From: an uncultured Prevotella sp.
GTDB lineage: Bacteria; Bacteroidota; Bacteroidia; Bacteroidales; Bacteroidaceae
Direction of reading: 5' to 3'
Length of the DNA: 64,000 nt
NCBI GenBank assembly: GCA_944320235.1
Contig: CALUGQ010000010.1
Coordinates: forward strand, 2,040-66,039
Position numbers and translations under genes: made by a program. The notes below the pieces were generated by a model. The model did not search any database. It was not told where the DNA came from and was given only the letters and a program-made list of their open reading frames with translations. Shown here piece by piece: positions 20,347 to 30,463 of the stretch. Each line of letters starts with the position of its first letter. Positions within the stretch are counted from its first letter, which is position 1.

Positions 20347-23310
20347 TCAATCACCAAACAGCACCACGCCCTCCTGCTTCTTGCCGTCCATCATTATCTT
20401 CAACGGGCGGTCGAAGCGCACATGGCGCACAAACTGCGTCTCCTCCACAGCCGGCATGGCATCGAGGATGTCGCGGCGGAAAAGCCCGTCGCCGCGGAAT
20501 GTGTTGATAGTAAAGTAGCCCACGCCAAACGAAGTGAGGTTCTGGAAGAAGTGGGTTCCCTGGCTCGGATCCACACGGTAGTTCTTCAGCCCGGCCTCAA
20601 CGATCACCTTCGCCGCGCTGATGTGCGGCCATTTCACCGGGATTCCGAGCCATGGGTCGCTCGACCCCCACCGCCCCGGGCCCACGAGCACGTAGCCCAG
20701 GCCGTCGGCAAGGAACTGCCGGTTCATCCGTTCTATCTCGCAAGCAATGGCAGGATTGTTGGTTGCAGTGAAATCCTCGCCCGCCTTGACATACACAACG
20801 TCGCAAACGCCGTCGCATATGCCGTGGCCCAGCGAGTTGTGGGAGCGCAGCAGGCAACGCTCGTCGGGCAGCGCGGCCAGGTCTTCGTCAAGCATCTGCT
20901 TGCTGTCCACTATCGGGCGAATCTGCAAAAGGTTCAACTCGCCGGTCTTGTCGGCGTTGAGGTTGCAGGCAAACTCAATCTCCACGGGCCGCCTCATCTC
21001 TTCAGTGCCGAGCCTCTGCACCATCTGCAGCAGCTCAGGCAGGGGGAAAACGCCGTGCTGCAGCACCCCGCAGAAAGTGATGACCTTGCGCCCTCCCTCG
21101 TAGATACCGTCGCGGATGACCTGGTCGTAGGGGTCGAACGTCGAGGCGATGTACTGGAGCGAGCCGTCCTTGTCGGCCTCCTTGACGCGCAGGTTGAGTA
21201 TGTTGAAACCGTCATCCACCTTGAACCCGTCGCCCACGTGGGTCATGTCGAGGGCGTAGAAGCGCGTCTGTGTCTCCCTGAGGGCCATTTCCATCTCGCT
21301 GGTCTGCAGCACCTGGCGCGGATGGTAAGGGCTTACGCGCAGCGTCTGGCCCCCGTCGACGATGTACTTGCCCAAGCCCAGGGCAAGGTTCACTATCCCC
21401 TCCTCGGCCTTCTCCTCCCCAATGGGATAGTAGTTGAGCGAGCGGAGCACCCCGCTGAAGCTCGGGTAATAGCGGTCGCCGTAGCGGCGGCCTACCACTT
21501 CCTGCAAGATGACGGCCATCTTCTCCTGGTCAATGACGTTGCGCGTGGCGGTCATGTAAGCCTTCGAGTCGCGGTAGTAGACCGAAGCGTACACCGCCTT
21601 GATGGCTGAAGCCAGCATCCGCAGCATCTCATACTTGTCTTCAAGGTACGGAATCATGTAAGTGGAATAGATTCCGGCAAAGGGTTGGTAGTGGCTGTCC
21701 TCCAGCAGGGATGACGACCGGATGGCTATCGGGGCCTTGACCGCGTCGAAGAAGGTGAAGAAGTCGGCTATCAGCGAGTCCGGCAGCTGCGCCCGGAGGA
21801 AGTGGGCCAGTATCTCCTCGTCGCTGGCATCGCTCAGCGCAACCTGGTAAAGGTTGTTCTTGTCCATGAAATCGTCAAAGACATCGGTGCAGAGCACGAG
21901 CGTCTTGGGTATGCAGACGGCCGCCCCGGGATACTGGTTAAGCTCGGGGTGGCGCTTGATTATGTTGTCTATGAAGGCCAATCCGCGCCCCTTGCCTCCC
22001 AGCGAGCCGTCGCCGATGCGTGCGAAGTGGCCGTAAGCGTCGAACTTCCCGCGGTCGAAGACGGCCACCACGCCGATGTTCTTCATCCGTCGGTACTGCA
22101 CTATTGCGTCGAAGATTATCTGCCTGTGCGCGTCAACGTCCTGCAGCTTGTGCCATGTGACGTGCTTGAGGAACGCAGACACGGGGAAGATGGCCCTGGC
22201 CGAGAGCCAGCGGCTCATGTGGTTGCGGCTCACGTGGTAGAGCATCGAATCGTTTGGTATGGTGAAGATGTTGTCCTGCAGTTCCTTCAGCGTGCGTATG
22301 CGCAGTATCTCGCTGCCGGTCTTGGGGTCGTGGAACACGAAGTCGCCGAAGCCCATGTGCTCTTCCATGAGGCGTCGCAGGTCGATGTCCATCTTCTTCG
22401 AGTTCTTGTCGACGAAGCGGAAGCCCTCGGCCTCAGCCTTCTGGCGGTTTTCCGACTCGGCGCTCTGCAGGATTAGAGGCACGTACTCGTCGCGTTTCCT
22501 TATCTCGCGGAGCAGCTTCAGGCCCGCCTCGGGGTCTTTCTTGCCTTCGCGGGGGAAGCGCGCGTCGCTGATTACGCCCAGCGCGTTGTCGCCATACTTG
22601 CCGTACAGCTCCATTGCCTCCTCGTAAGTGCGGGCCAGGAGCACCTTTGGCCGCCCCCGCTTACGCTGCGCCGCGGCGTGCGGATTGAGCGCCTCGGTAG
22701 AGAAATTGCGCGACTGCAGCAGTATGTAATTGTACAGGTTGGGCAGTATTGACGAGTAGAAGCGCACCCCGTCCTCCACGAGCAGTATCATCTGCACGCC
22801 CGCCTCGGCCATGTCGTGCTCGATGTTCATCTTGTCTTCGATGAGCTTTATGATGGAGAGGATGAGGTTTGTGTTGCCGAGCCAGCAGAAAACGTAGTCG
22901 AACACGGAGAGGTCTTCGTTCTCCATACGCTTGGTGATGCCGTGCGAGAAGGGCGTGAGCACCACGCAGGGGGTGGATGGCGAAGCCGCCTTCACGGCGC
23001 GCGCCACGTCGAACGCGTCGTTGTCGGCGTTGCCCGGCATGCATATCACGAGGTCTATGTCGGTGGTCTTGAGCACCTTGTCGGCCTCCTCGGTGGTTGT
23101 CACTTGCGTGAACGTGGGCGGATAGCGCAGCCCCAGGTCCATGTACTCGTCGAATATCTTCTCGTCAACGCGGCCGTCGTCCTCGAGCATGAATGCGTCG
23201 TAGGGGTTGGCCACAATCAGCACGTTGAATATTCGGCGCGTCATCAGGTTGACGAACGACACGTCCTTAAGGTAGAACTTGTTCCACTCTGCCGGTATCT
23301 TAGCTCTCAT
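20347..23310 (-). CDS. PEP/pyruvate-binding-domain (PEP synthase-like) protein with N-terminal receiver-like domains
   Basis: GSLGGKGRGL, AIRSSSLLED, FAGIY, GPGRWGS; N-terminal REC-like segments. Confidence 0.85.
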   Translation of the reverse strand: MRAKIPAEWNKFYLKDVSFVNLMTRRIFNVLIVANPYDAFMLEDDGRVDEKIFDEYMDLGLRYPPTFTQVTTTEEADKVLKTTDIDLVICMPGNADNDAFDVARAVKAASPSTPCVVLTPFSHGITKRMENEDLSVFDYVFCWLGNTNLILSIIKLIEDKMNIEHDMAEAGVQMILLVEDGVRFYSSILPNLYNYILLQSRNFSTEALNPHAAAQRKRGRPKVLLARTYEEAMELYGKYGDNALGVISDARFPREGKKDPEAGLKLLREIRKRDEYVPLILQSAESENRQKAEAEGFRFVDKNSKKMDIDLRRLMEEHMGFGDFVFHDPKTGSEILRIRTLKELQDNIFTIPNDSMLYHVSRNHMSRWLSARAIFPVSAFLKHVTWHKLQDVDAHRQIIFDAIVQYRRMKNIGVVAVFDRGKFDAYGHFARIGDGSLGGKGRGLAFIDNIIKRHPELNQYPGAAVCIPKTLVLCTDVFDDFMDKNNLYQVALSDASDEEILAHFLRAQLPDSLIADFFTFFDAVKAPIAIRSSSLLEDSHYQPFAGIYSTYMIPYLEDKYEMLRMLASAIKAVYASVYYRDSKAYMTATRNVIDQEKMAVILQEVVGRRYGDRYYPSFSGVLRSLNYYPIGEEKAEEGIVNLALGLGKYIVDGGQTLRVSPYHPRQVLQTSEMEMALRETQTRFYALDMTHVGDGFKVDDGFNILNLRVKEADKDGSLQYIASTFDPYDQVIRDGIYEGGRKVITFCGVLQHGVFPLPELLQMVQRLGTEEMRRPVEIEFACNLNADKTGELNLLQIRPIVDSKQMLDEDLAALPDERCLLRSHNSLGHGICDGVCDVVYVKAGEDFTATNNPAIACEIERMNRQFLADGLGYVLVGPGRWGSSDPWLGIPVKWPHISAAKVIVEAGLKNYRVDPSQGTHFFQNLTSFGVGYFTINTFRGDGLFRRDILDAMPAVEETQFVRHVRFDRPLKIMMDGKKQEGVVLFGD

Positions 23311-23549
23311 AGTCGTATTGTTTTCGGTTTGCCTGCGCCCGCCGCGGGCCGCCTTGCCGCCGCTTCAGCGCGCAGCTGCGTGCCGCCGGCCCCGCAAAAC
23401 GGCTTAGCGCAATGCAAATGTATGAATAAAATCCGACATACGCAAGCCTGCCGCGCTATTTTGCGCCCGGGGCGCGACGAAAGCAAGGCGGCGGAACGCG
23501 CCTGAGCCCGTTCCGCCGCCATTCTGTCCATCCATCAATCCTTTTGCCT

Positions 23550-24422
23550 TCACGGCAGGAAGTCCACCTGCCAGTCGGCCGTTACGCGCAGGTCGCGCTC
23601 GGGCCGCTCGGTCTCCACGAGCCAGTAGCTGCCCGCGGGCGTCTCGATATAGTCGCAGTCGTCGATGCGCGCGCCCGGAAGCTCGCGGGCCACGGCCTCG
23701 CTGACCACCGCAGGCACGTTGCGGTCGCAGTCGGTCTTCGACATCACCCAGTTGCCCTCGCGGTCGAACACCACCTCGATGCTCTTGCCCTCGTGGCGCA
23801 GGTCTACCTCGTAGTATCCCCTGTCCTCGCGGTCGAAGTCGACGATTGCCGCCCCGGGGTATTGCGTGTTGATGTAATCCGAGAGTGCAGCCGGCAGCCT
23901 GTCGTGTATCATGCCGCTGTTGTCGTGGTCGCGCCCGTCGTCCTGTACGTCGCGGAAGAGCGTTCCGCCGAGGTCGAAATAAAGGTCATGGTCGGGCTGG
24001 CCGGCCTTCTCCACCTCTATCTTGTATACGTTCTCGTAGCCGGGCCGCTGTATCTCGTCGATGTCGTCGATGCGCCAGCCGTCCTGCGCGTATGTGGTTG
24101 CGTTGTAGCCGTCCTGCACGGCCTGCGGCAGGGCCTGCAGGTTGCGCCCGTAGTCAACCTCGGTCATCATCCAGCTGCCATCGGGCGAATACCACGCCTC
24201 GCACTCGCGACCGTCCATGTAGAACTCGCCCACGCAGTAACCGCCGCGCTCGGCATCCCAGTCCACGCGCCCATGGCCGCCGTATCGGTCGGCAAAGGCA
24301 GCCTCGACCGCAGCCGGCACGCGGGTGTAGCCGTCGTCATCGTCGTCGTTGTCGCACGCCGTAAAGGCCAGTGCGCCCACGGCGCAGAGCGCCGTTGCTT
24401 GCATCCATTTCCAGTACTTCAT
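23550..24422 (-). CDS. Lipoprotein with PepSY-like (BLIP-like) repeats
   Basis: Lipobox LAFTAC; repeated VPAAVEAAF/LPQAV/LPAAL/VPAVV units. Confidence 0.75.
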   Translation of the reverse strand: MKYWKWMQATALCAVGALAFTACDNDDDDDGYTRVPAAVEAAFADRYGGHGRVDWDAERGGYCVGEFYMDGRECEAWYSPDGSWMMTEVDYGRNLQALPQAVQDGYNATTYAQDGWRIDDIDEIQRPGYENVYKIEVEKAGQPDHDLYFDLGGTLFRDVQDDGRDHDNSGMIHDRLPAALSDYINTQYPGAAIVDFDREDRGYYEVDLRHEGKSIEVVFDREGNWVMSKTDCDRNVPAVVSEAVARELPGARIDDCDYIETPAGSYWLVETERPERDLRVTADWQVDFLP

Positions 24423-24665
24423 AGTCGTGTCTCCTTTTCTCGTTTGGTTTGTTGTCATTGTTTTCACTGGCAAATGTACGGGGCAATTCTGAAAAGAATC
24501 TGAAATGAGCCTGCCTGCGAAACAAATCTTTTATTTTCTCCGCATGACATTTGCCCTGCCCGTCGCCGCAGGCCCCGCTCCGGCCCATGCTTTTTGTAAA
24601 GATTGGCTACCAGAACAGCCACACCACATAACCACCTGGGCCTCAAGCGGTTACCCACATGACCG

Positions 24666-24753
24666 TTCCGCAGCGCAAAACAGCCTGTTTTGCGCCACAA
24701 GACGGGCCGCTTTGAAGCGCAGAACGGGCCATTCCGCACCGCCGGTTGCCGGC
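24666..24753. repeat. 22-bp-periodic intergenic array
   Basis: ttccgcagcgcaaaacagcctg / ttttgcgccacaagacgggccg / ctttgaagcgcagaacgggcca. Confidence 0.75.
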
Positions 24754-24973
24754 TGCGGCCCTGCCATACGGAATTTGTAACATTTAATTACCAACTTGAC
24801 AGGCAGCGCTGCACGCCTGCGCGCGCGCCACCGTTAAATATAATTAAGAAAGCAGCCGCCCGCCCCGCAAAGAGCAAGAAAACCGCTACCTTTGCAGAAT
24901 AGGCTGTGCCTGCCTGCAACGGCGGGCGGACAAACCTACAAGAATGTACCATCAACGACAAAAAACACAAACT

Positions 24974-27442
24974 ATGATGAGGAAAACCATCCTTTGCGCC
25001 ATGCTCGCCGTATCGGCGGCAACAGGCGCCGCGGCCTCCGAGTCGCGGCAGGACTCGCTATACCTGTTCTCTTACACCACCTCTGCAGCCAACAACACCA
25101 CCGGGCTGCACCTGGCATGGAGCGCCGACGGGCAGCGGTGGCAAAAGATTGGAGGCGAGTTTGCCTTCGTAAAGAGCGACTACGGCCCCTGGGGCAGCGG
25201 CAAGCGGATGTACGACCCCGTGCTGGAGCGTATGCCCGGCGGCGCGTGGGCGTGCTCGTGGCTCGTGGGCAAGGACGGCAAGACCATGGCGCTCACCGAG
25301 AGCCGCGACCTGCTGCTGTGGAAACCGCAGGACTATGTGTCCTCGCGCGCAAAGACGGGCCCTAACCGCAGCGTGCCGCGCGACACGGTGACGTTCACCG
25401 ACGGCAGCCGGGCCGTGGGCCGCATACTCCGCGTGGAGAGCCGCGTAGTGGAGGATGCCATCGCCGGGTGCGAGCTGGCGCAATACCGCGCGGCCAAGAA
25501 CGCCGAGCTGATGAAGGACGACCCCGCGCGCTTCAAGGGGCTTAAGAACGTCAGCGTCACCGTGACGGCGCAGCCGTCGGCCGGGAAGGCAATCAGCCCC
25601 GACCTCTTCGGCGTGTTCTTCGAGGACATAAACTATGCCGCCGACGGCGGCCTCTATGCCGAACTCGTGCAGAACCGCGACTTTGAATATACCACCGAGG
25701 GCCGCAAGCGCCACAAGGACTGGGGGCCGACATACGCCTGGCGCACCACCGGCGGGGCCTCCGTGGAGATTAAGACCGACAACCCCATACACGCCAACAA
25801 CGCCCACTACGCCCTGCTCACGGTCAGCGAGGCGGGCGGCGCGCTCGCCAACACGGGCTACGGCGGCATAGCCGTGGAGCACGGAAAGAAATACCGGGTG
25901 TCCGTATTTGGCAAGATGGTCGGCGGCGACAACCGCCGCGTGCGCCTGGCCCTGCGCTGCAAGGACGGCCGCACCATCGGCTCCGCAGCCGTGACGCTGC
26001 CCAAAAGCGGCTGGCGGCGGCTCGAAGCCACCATCAAGGCCACGGCAAGCGACCCCGAGGCCGAGCTGGCCGTGATACCCGAAGAGGCAGGAAGCTATGC
26101 CATCGACATGCTCTCGCTCTTCCCATACGACACGTTCAAGGGCCGCGAGAACGGCCTCAGGCGCGACCTCGCCCAGGCCATAGCCGACCTCAAGCCACGC
26201 TTCGTGCGCTTCCCCGGCGGCTGCGTGGCCCACGGCAACGGCCTGCAGAACATCTACCGGTGGAAAAACACCGTAGGCCCGCTCCACGAACGCAAGGGGA
26301 TGTACAACATCTGGAACTACCGCCAGTCCATGGGCCTGGGCTTCTATGAGTACTTCCAGTTCTGCGAGGACATCGGGGCAGAGCCGCTGCCGGTGGTGGC
26401 GGCGGGCGTGCCATGCCAGAACTCGTCGCTCGGAGGCGACGGGCAGCAGGGCGGACTGCCCCTGGGCGAGGAGATGGACGAGTACATACAGGACGTGCTC
26501 GACCTCATCGAGTGGGCCAACGGCGACAAGTCGACCACCTGGGGCCGCGTGCGGGCCGAGGCCGGGCACCCCGAGCCGTTCGGCCTGAAGTACCTCGGCA
26601 TAGGCAACGAAGACCTGATCTCAGAGGTGTTCAAGGAGCGGTTCAAGCTCATCTACGACGCCGTGAAGGCAAAATATCCCGACATCACCGTCATCGGCAC
26701 GGCCGGGCCGTTCTACGAAGGCTCCGACTATGAGTACGGCTGGCAGTTCGCCAAGGAGCTGGGCGTGCCGATGGTAGACGAGCACTACTACTGCCCGCCG
26801 GGCTGGTTCATACACAACCGCGACTTCTACGACGCCTACGACCGCCGCGGGCCGAAGGTCTACCTCGGCGAATATGCCTCGCACGCCCCCGGCAGGCCCA
26901 ACAACATGGAGACAGCACTCACCCTCGCGCTATACATGACCGAGCTGGAGCGCAACGCCGACGTGGTGAGCCTGGCCAGCTACGCGCCGCTCATGGCACG
27001 GCGCGGCGACACGCAGTGGACGCCCGACATGATGTACTTCGACAACAAGTCAATCCGCTTCACCACCGACTACTACGTGCAGCGTATGTTCGGACAGAAC
27101 GCTGGCGACACATACATACCCGCCACCGTGGCCCCCGACAACGCCCGCGAGGACGTATGCCTGCGCATAGGGCAGTCAATAGTGCGCGACAAGGAGACCG
27201 GCGACGTGATAATCAAGCTCGTGAACCTGCTCCCAGTGCGCGTGGATTACAAGCTCGACCTCGGCTCACTTGTGGCCGACGGCACGCCGACGCAGGAAGA
27301 GCACATCACCGGGACACCCTCCGACAGCCGCGCCAAGCCGCTGAAAGCGGAAGGAACCATCAACAAAAAGCACACCATCGGCGTGGAGCCTTACTCCTTT
27401 ACCGTGATAAGGGCAAAGGCACCTGCCGCAAAGAAGAAATAA
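24974..27442 (+). CDS. Alpha-L-arabinofuranosidase (GH51) with extra N-terminal domain and CBM4-like insert
   Basis: FFEDINYAADGGLYAELVQNRDFE, RFPGGC, GNE, DEHYY, YLGEY. Confidence 0.9.
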   Translation: MMRKTILCAMLAVSAATGAAASESRQDSLYLFSYTTSAANNTTGLHLAWSADGQRWQKIGGEFAFVKSDYGPWGSGKRMYDPVLERMPGGAWACSWLVGKDGKTMALTESRDLLLWKPQDYVSSRAKTGPNRSVPRDTVTFTDGSRAVGRILRVESRVVEDAIAGCELAQYRAAKNAELMKDDPARFKGLKNVSVTVTAQPSAGKAISPDLFGVFFEDINYAADGGLYAELVQNRDFEYTTEGRKRHKDWGPTYAWRTTGGASVEIKTDNPIHANNAHYALLTVSEAGGALANTGYGGIAVEHGKKYRVSVFGKMVGGDNRRVRLALRCKDGRTIGSAAVTLPKSGWRRLEATIKATASDPEAELAVIPEEAGSYAIDMLSLFPYDTFKGRENGLRRDLAQAIADLKPRFVRFPGGCVAHGNGLQNIYRWKNTVGPLHERKGMYNIWNYRQSMGLGFYEYFQFCEDIGAEPLPVVAAGVPCQNSSLGGDGQQGGLPLGEEMDEYIQDVLDLIEWANGDKSTTWGRVRAEAGHPEPFGLKYLGIGNEDLISEVFKERFKLIYDAVKAKYPDITVIGTAGPFYEGSDYEYGWQFAKELGVPMVDEHYYCPPGWFIHNRDFYDAYDRRGPKVYLGEYASHAPGRPNNMETALTLALYMTELERNADVVSLASYAPLMARRGDTQWTPDMMYFDNKSIRFTTDYYVQRMFGQNAGDTYIPATVAPDNAREDVCLRIGQSIVRDKETGDVIIKLVNLLPVRVDYKLDLGSLVADGTPTQEEHITGTPSDSRAKPLKAEGTINKKHTIGVEPYSFTVIRAKAPAAKKK

Positions 27443-27461
27443 AAACGACAAAAACACAACA

Positions 27462-28532
27462 ATGAAAAAGACTCTTACAGCCATCTTGGCGGCCATGCTG
27501 ACCGCAGCCGCCGCGCCGACAGCATCGGCGCAAAACCCGCAAAAGGGCGACTACGGCTACCTGTTCTGCCACATGAGCGGGCGCGGCGAGTGGACGGCCT
27601 ACGCCATCAGCCGCGACGGATTCAACTACCACGACCTGCGCGGGGGCGAACCCGTGTTCGACCAGAAGAAGCTTGCCGGCATAGAGGGCGGCACGCGCGA
27701 CGCATACATCTGCCGCAAGCACGACTGCTCCGGCTACCTGATGGTGACCACCGACATGTGCGTGGGCAAGAGCAAGGTGTGGGACAACTACGGCATCAAC
27801 CTCCTCACCAGCGACGACATGCTGAACTGGAAGTCCGTGACGTTCGACTTCCGCAAGGGCGCGGCCATCTTCTCCGACAAGGACAGCCCCGACCCATACA
27901 AGGACTACTCGAAAATAAACCGCGTGTGGGCCCCGCAGATATTCTGGGACCCGGCATACGTGTGGCCCGACGGGCGCAAGGGCGGCTACCTCATATACTA
28001 CTCCATGCTCAACCGAGCCGAGGAGGGCTACGACCGCATGTATTACTCATACGCCGACGAGTCGTTCACCACGCTCACCAAGCCGCGGCTGCTCTTCGAC
28101 TGGGGCTATGCCACCATCGACGCCGACATCAACTACCTTGCCTCCGACGGCCTCTACCACATGATGATAAAGAAGGAGGGCGGGCAGCGCGGCCTTTTCA
28201 CCGCCACGGCGCCTAAGCTGACAGGCCCCTGGAGCGAGCCGGTGGAGGACGACTACGTTGACTTTGAGGGCAACAAGAAGTGCGAGGGAGTGTCTGCCTT
28301 CCAGCTCGCGGGCGACTCAACCTGGGTGATTGGCTACATAGAGTACTCCTCCAAGCCCAAGCGCTACCGCCTCTGCCGCGCCGACAAGTACCTGCGCAAC
28401 TTCCACTCACCGCAGGACATACGCGGCGTGGAGGCCCCGCAGCACGGCTCGTTCATGCGACTGACCAAGGAGGAATACGACCGCCTGGAAGCCTGGGGCA
28501 AGGAAAAGCCAGAATCAACAGCCAAGAATTAA
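27462..28532 (+). CDS. Glycoside hydrolase family 43-like protein
   Basis: Signal peptide, GTRDAYI, WAPQIFWD, TIDADI, CEG. Confidence 0.8.
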   Translation: MKKTLTAILAAMLTAAAAPTASAQNPQKGDYGYLFCHMSGRGEWTAYAISRDGFNYHDLRGGEPVFDQKKLAGIEGGTRDAYICRKHDCSGYLMVTTDMCVGKSKVWDNYGINLLTSDDMLNWKSVTFDFRKGAAIFSDKDSPDPYKDYSKINRVWAPQIFWDPAYVWPDGRKGGYLIYYSMLNRAEEGYDRMYYSYADESFTTLTKPRLLFDWGYATIDADINYLASDGLYHMMIKKEGGQRGLFTATAPKLTGPWSEPVEDDYVDFEGNKKCEGVSAFQLAGDSTWVIGYIEYSSKPKRYRLCRADKYLRNFHSPQDIRGVEAPQHGSFMRLTKEEYDRLEAWGKEKPESTAKN

Positions 28533-28534
28533 CA

Positions 28535-28668
28535 GCCAAGAGACAAGGCCCGGGAACCAAGAGACAAGGCCCGGGAGCCAAGGATTAGGGCCGCGCGCCC
28601 ACATCCAGCACAACTCCCAGCCCTCCCACAACTCCCATGCCTCCCATAACTCCCAGCCCTCCCATCAC
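28535..28668. repeat. Short tandem repeats (21-mer x2; 18-mer-like x3)
   Basis: ccaagagacaaggcccgggaa/ccaagagacaaggcccgggag and acaactcccagccctccc-type units. Confidence 0.7.
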
Positions 28669-28723
28669 CAAGGCTCAACCCCGCGCCCCGCAAGGGCGCG
28701 GACAACATAACAATCAGCACAAA

Positions 28724-30007
28724 ATGGAAAAGAAACTAAGACCGGCGTCGCTCTGCGTCCGCGCAGGGTGGACACCCAAGAACGGCGAGCCCGTGGAGCC
28801 GCCAATCGTGCAAAGCACGACATTCAAGTATGACGACAGCGACGAGATGGCCCTGCTCTTCGACCTGAAGAAGGAGGGCTACTTCTACACCCGACTGCAA
28901 AACCCCACCAACGACGCCGTGGCGCAGAAGATTGCCGCGCTCGAAGGCGGCGTGGGCGCGGTGCTCACGTCGTCGGGCCAGGCAGCTAACTTCTACGCGG
29001 TGTTCAACATCTGCGAGGCGGGCGACCACATAGTGGCCTCGAACGAGATTTACGGGGGCACCTACAACCTCTTCGGCGTGACGCTGAAGAAGCTCGGCAT
29101 CGACTGCACCTTCGTAAACCCCGAGGCCGGCGACGAGGAGATTGAAAAGGCGTTCCGCCCGAACACCAAGGTGATGTTCGGCGAGACTATCTCCAACCCC
29201 GGCTGCAAGGTGCTCGACATAGAGCGCTTCGCCCGCCTGGCCCACAGCCACGGCGTGCCGCTCATCGTTGACAACACCTTCGCGACGCCCATCAACTGCC
29301 GCCCCTTTGAGTGGGGAGCCGACATCGTCACCCACTCCACAACCAAGTACATGGACGGCCACGCCATGCAGGTGGGCGGGTGCGTGGTGGACAGCGGCAA
29401 CTTCCCCTGGACGGAGCACGCCTCGCGCTACCCCGGGCTGTGCTCGCCCGACGAGTCGTACCACGGGCTGGTGTATGCCGAAGCCTTCGGGAAGATGGGC
29501 TACACCACCAAGCTCGTGGCGCAGCTCATGCGCGACCTCGGCTCCGTGCCCTCGCCCATGAACTCGTTCCTGCTCAACATCGGCCTGCAGACGCTCCACC
29601 TGCGCGTGCGCCAGCACTGCCAGAACGCGCAGAAGGTGGCCGAGTTCCTTAGCGCCGACCCGCGCGTGGCGTGGGTTAACTACCCCGGCCTGCCCGGCAA
29701 CCCCTACCACGCCCTTGCCGAGAAGTACCTGCCACAGGGCAGCTGCGGCGTGATAGCCTTCGGCCTCAAGGGCGACCGCGACACGGCAGTGAAGTTCATG
29801 GACTCGCTGCAGATGGCGAGCATCGTAACCCACGTGGCCGACGCGCGCACCTGTGTGCTCCATCCCGCCAGCCACACCCACCGCCAGCTCTCCGACGAGC
29901 AGCTGCGCGAGGCCGGCATCGCGCCCGACCTAATCCGCCTCTCCGTGGGCATTGAGGACGTGGAGGACATCCTCGACGACATCCGCCAGGCCCTCGACAG
30001 GATCTGA
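28724..30007 (+). CDS. metY: O-acetylhomoserine aminocarboxypropyltransferase/sulfhydrylase
   Basis: YTRLQNPT, VDNTF, HSTTKY PLP lysine, HPASHTHRQL, IRLSVGIE; ATG 28724. Confidence 0.92.
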   Translation: MEKKLRPASLCVRAGWTPKNGEPVEPPIVQSTTFKYDDSDEMALLFDLKKEGYFYTRLQNPTNDAVAQKIAALEGGVGAVLTSSGQAANFYAVFNICEAGDHIVASNEIYGGTYNLFGVTLKKLGIDCTFVNPEAGDEEIEKAFRPNTKVMFGETISNPGCKVLDIERFARLAHSHGVPLIVDNTFATPINCRPFEWGADIVTHSTTKYMDGHAMQVGGCVVDSGNFPWTEHASRYPGLCSPDESYHGLVYAEAFGKMGYTTKLVAQLMRDLGSVPSPMNSFLLNIGLQTLHLRVRQHCQNAQKVAEFLSADPRVAWVNYPGLPGNPYHALAEKYLPQGSCGVIAFGLKGDRDTAVKFMDSLQMASIVTHVADARTCVLHPASHTHRQLSDEQLREAGIAPDLIRLSVGIEDVEDILDDIRQALDRI

Positions 30008-30080
30008 CTTTTGTAAAAGCATTTCGCAATCCACGCCCCTTCCCGCAACTGCCTGTGCCACAGCGCATTGCGGGAAGGGG

Positions 30081-30146
30081 CGTTTTGCGTTGCAAAACAG
30101 GCCGCATCGCGCTGCAAAACGCGCCGTTTGGCCCCGCCACAACGGC
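30081..30146. repeat. 22-bp-periodic intergenic array
   Basis: cgttttgcgttgcaaaacaggc / cgcatcgcgctgcaaaacgcgc / cgtttggccccgccacaacggc. Confidence 0.75.
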
Positions 30147-30463
30147 CTCCCCGGACAGCAAGGCGCAAGCCCGGCCCTGCGGCCGCGGCTTTTGTAGCAA
30201 TTGTTTACCCCGAACCGGCCATCATAGGCCAAAGTGATTTCGTCCTGCCAGCGTGCAGGCCGGCAGCCGCCTTTGCTGAAGGCGCAGCAGGACAGGCCGA
30301 GACAAGGCGTCAGGCAAGATGGCGCAGGCAGGACGAGAGCGCTTGGAAAGCCGCACACAGCCAAAGGACAAGGCAGCAGGCGGCCTGATGACCGACTTGG
30401 ATTTTCACCAAAATAGTGGCGCGAGAGCCTCCCCGTTAAGGATTTTTTTAGTACATTTGCACC

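Noticed and set aside
28533-28723. SAM riboswitch upstream of metY
   Set aside because: Only short tandem repeats; no recognisable SAM-I/II core
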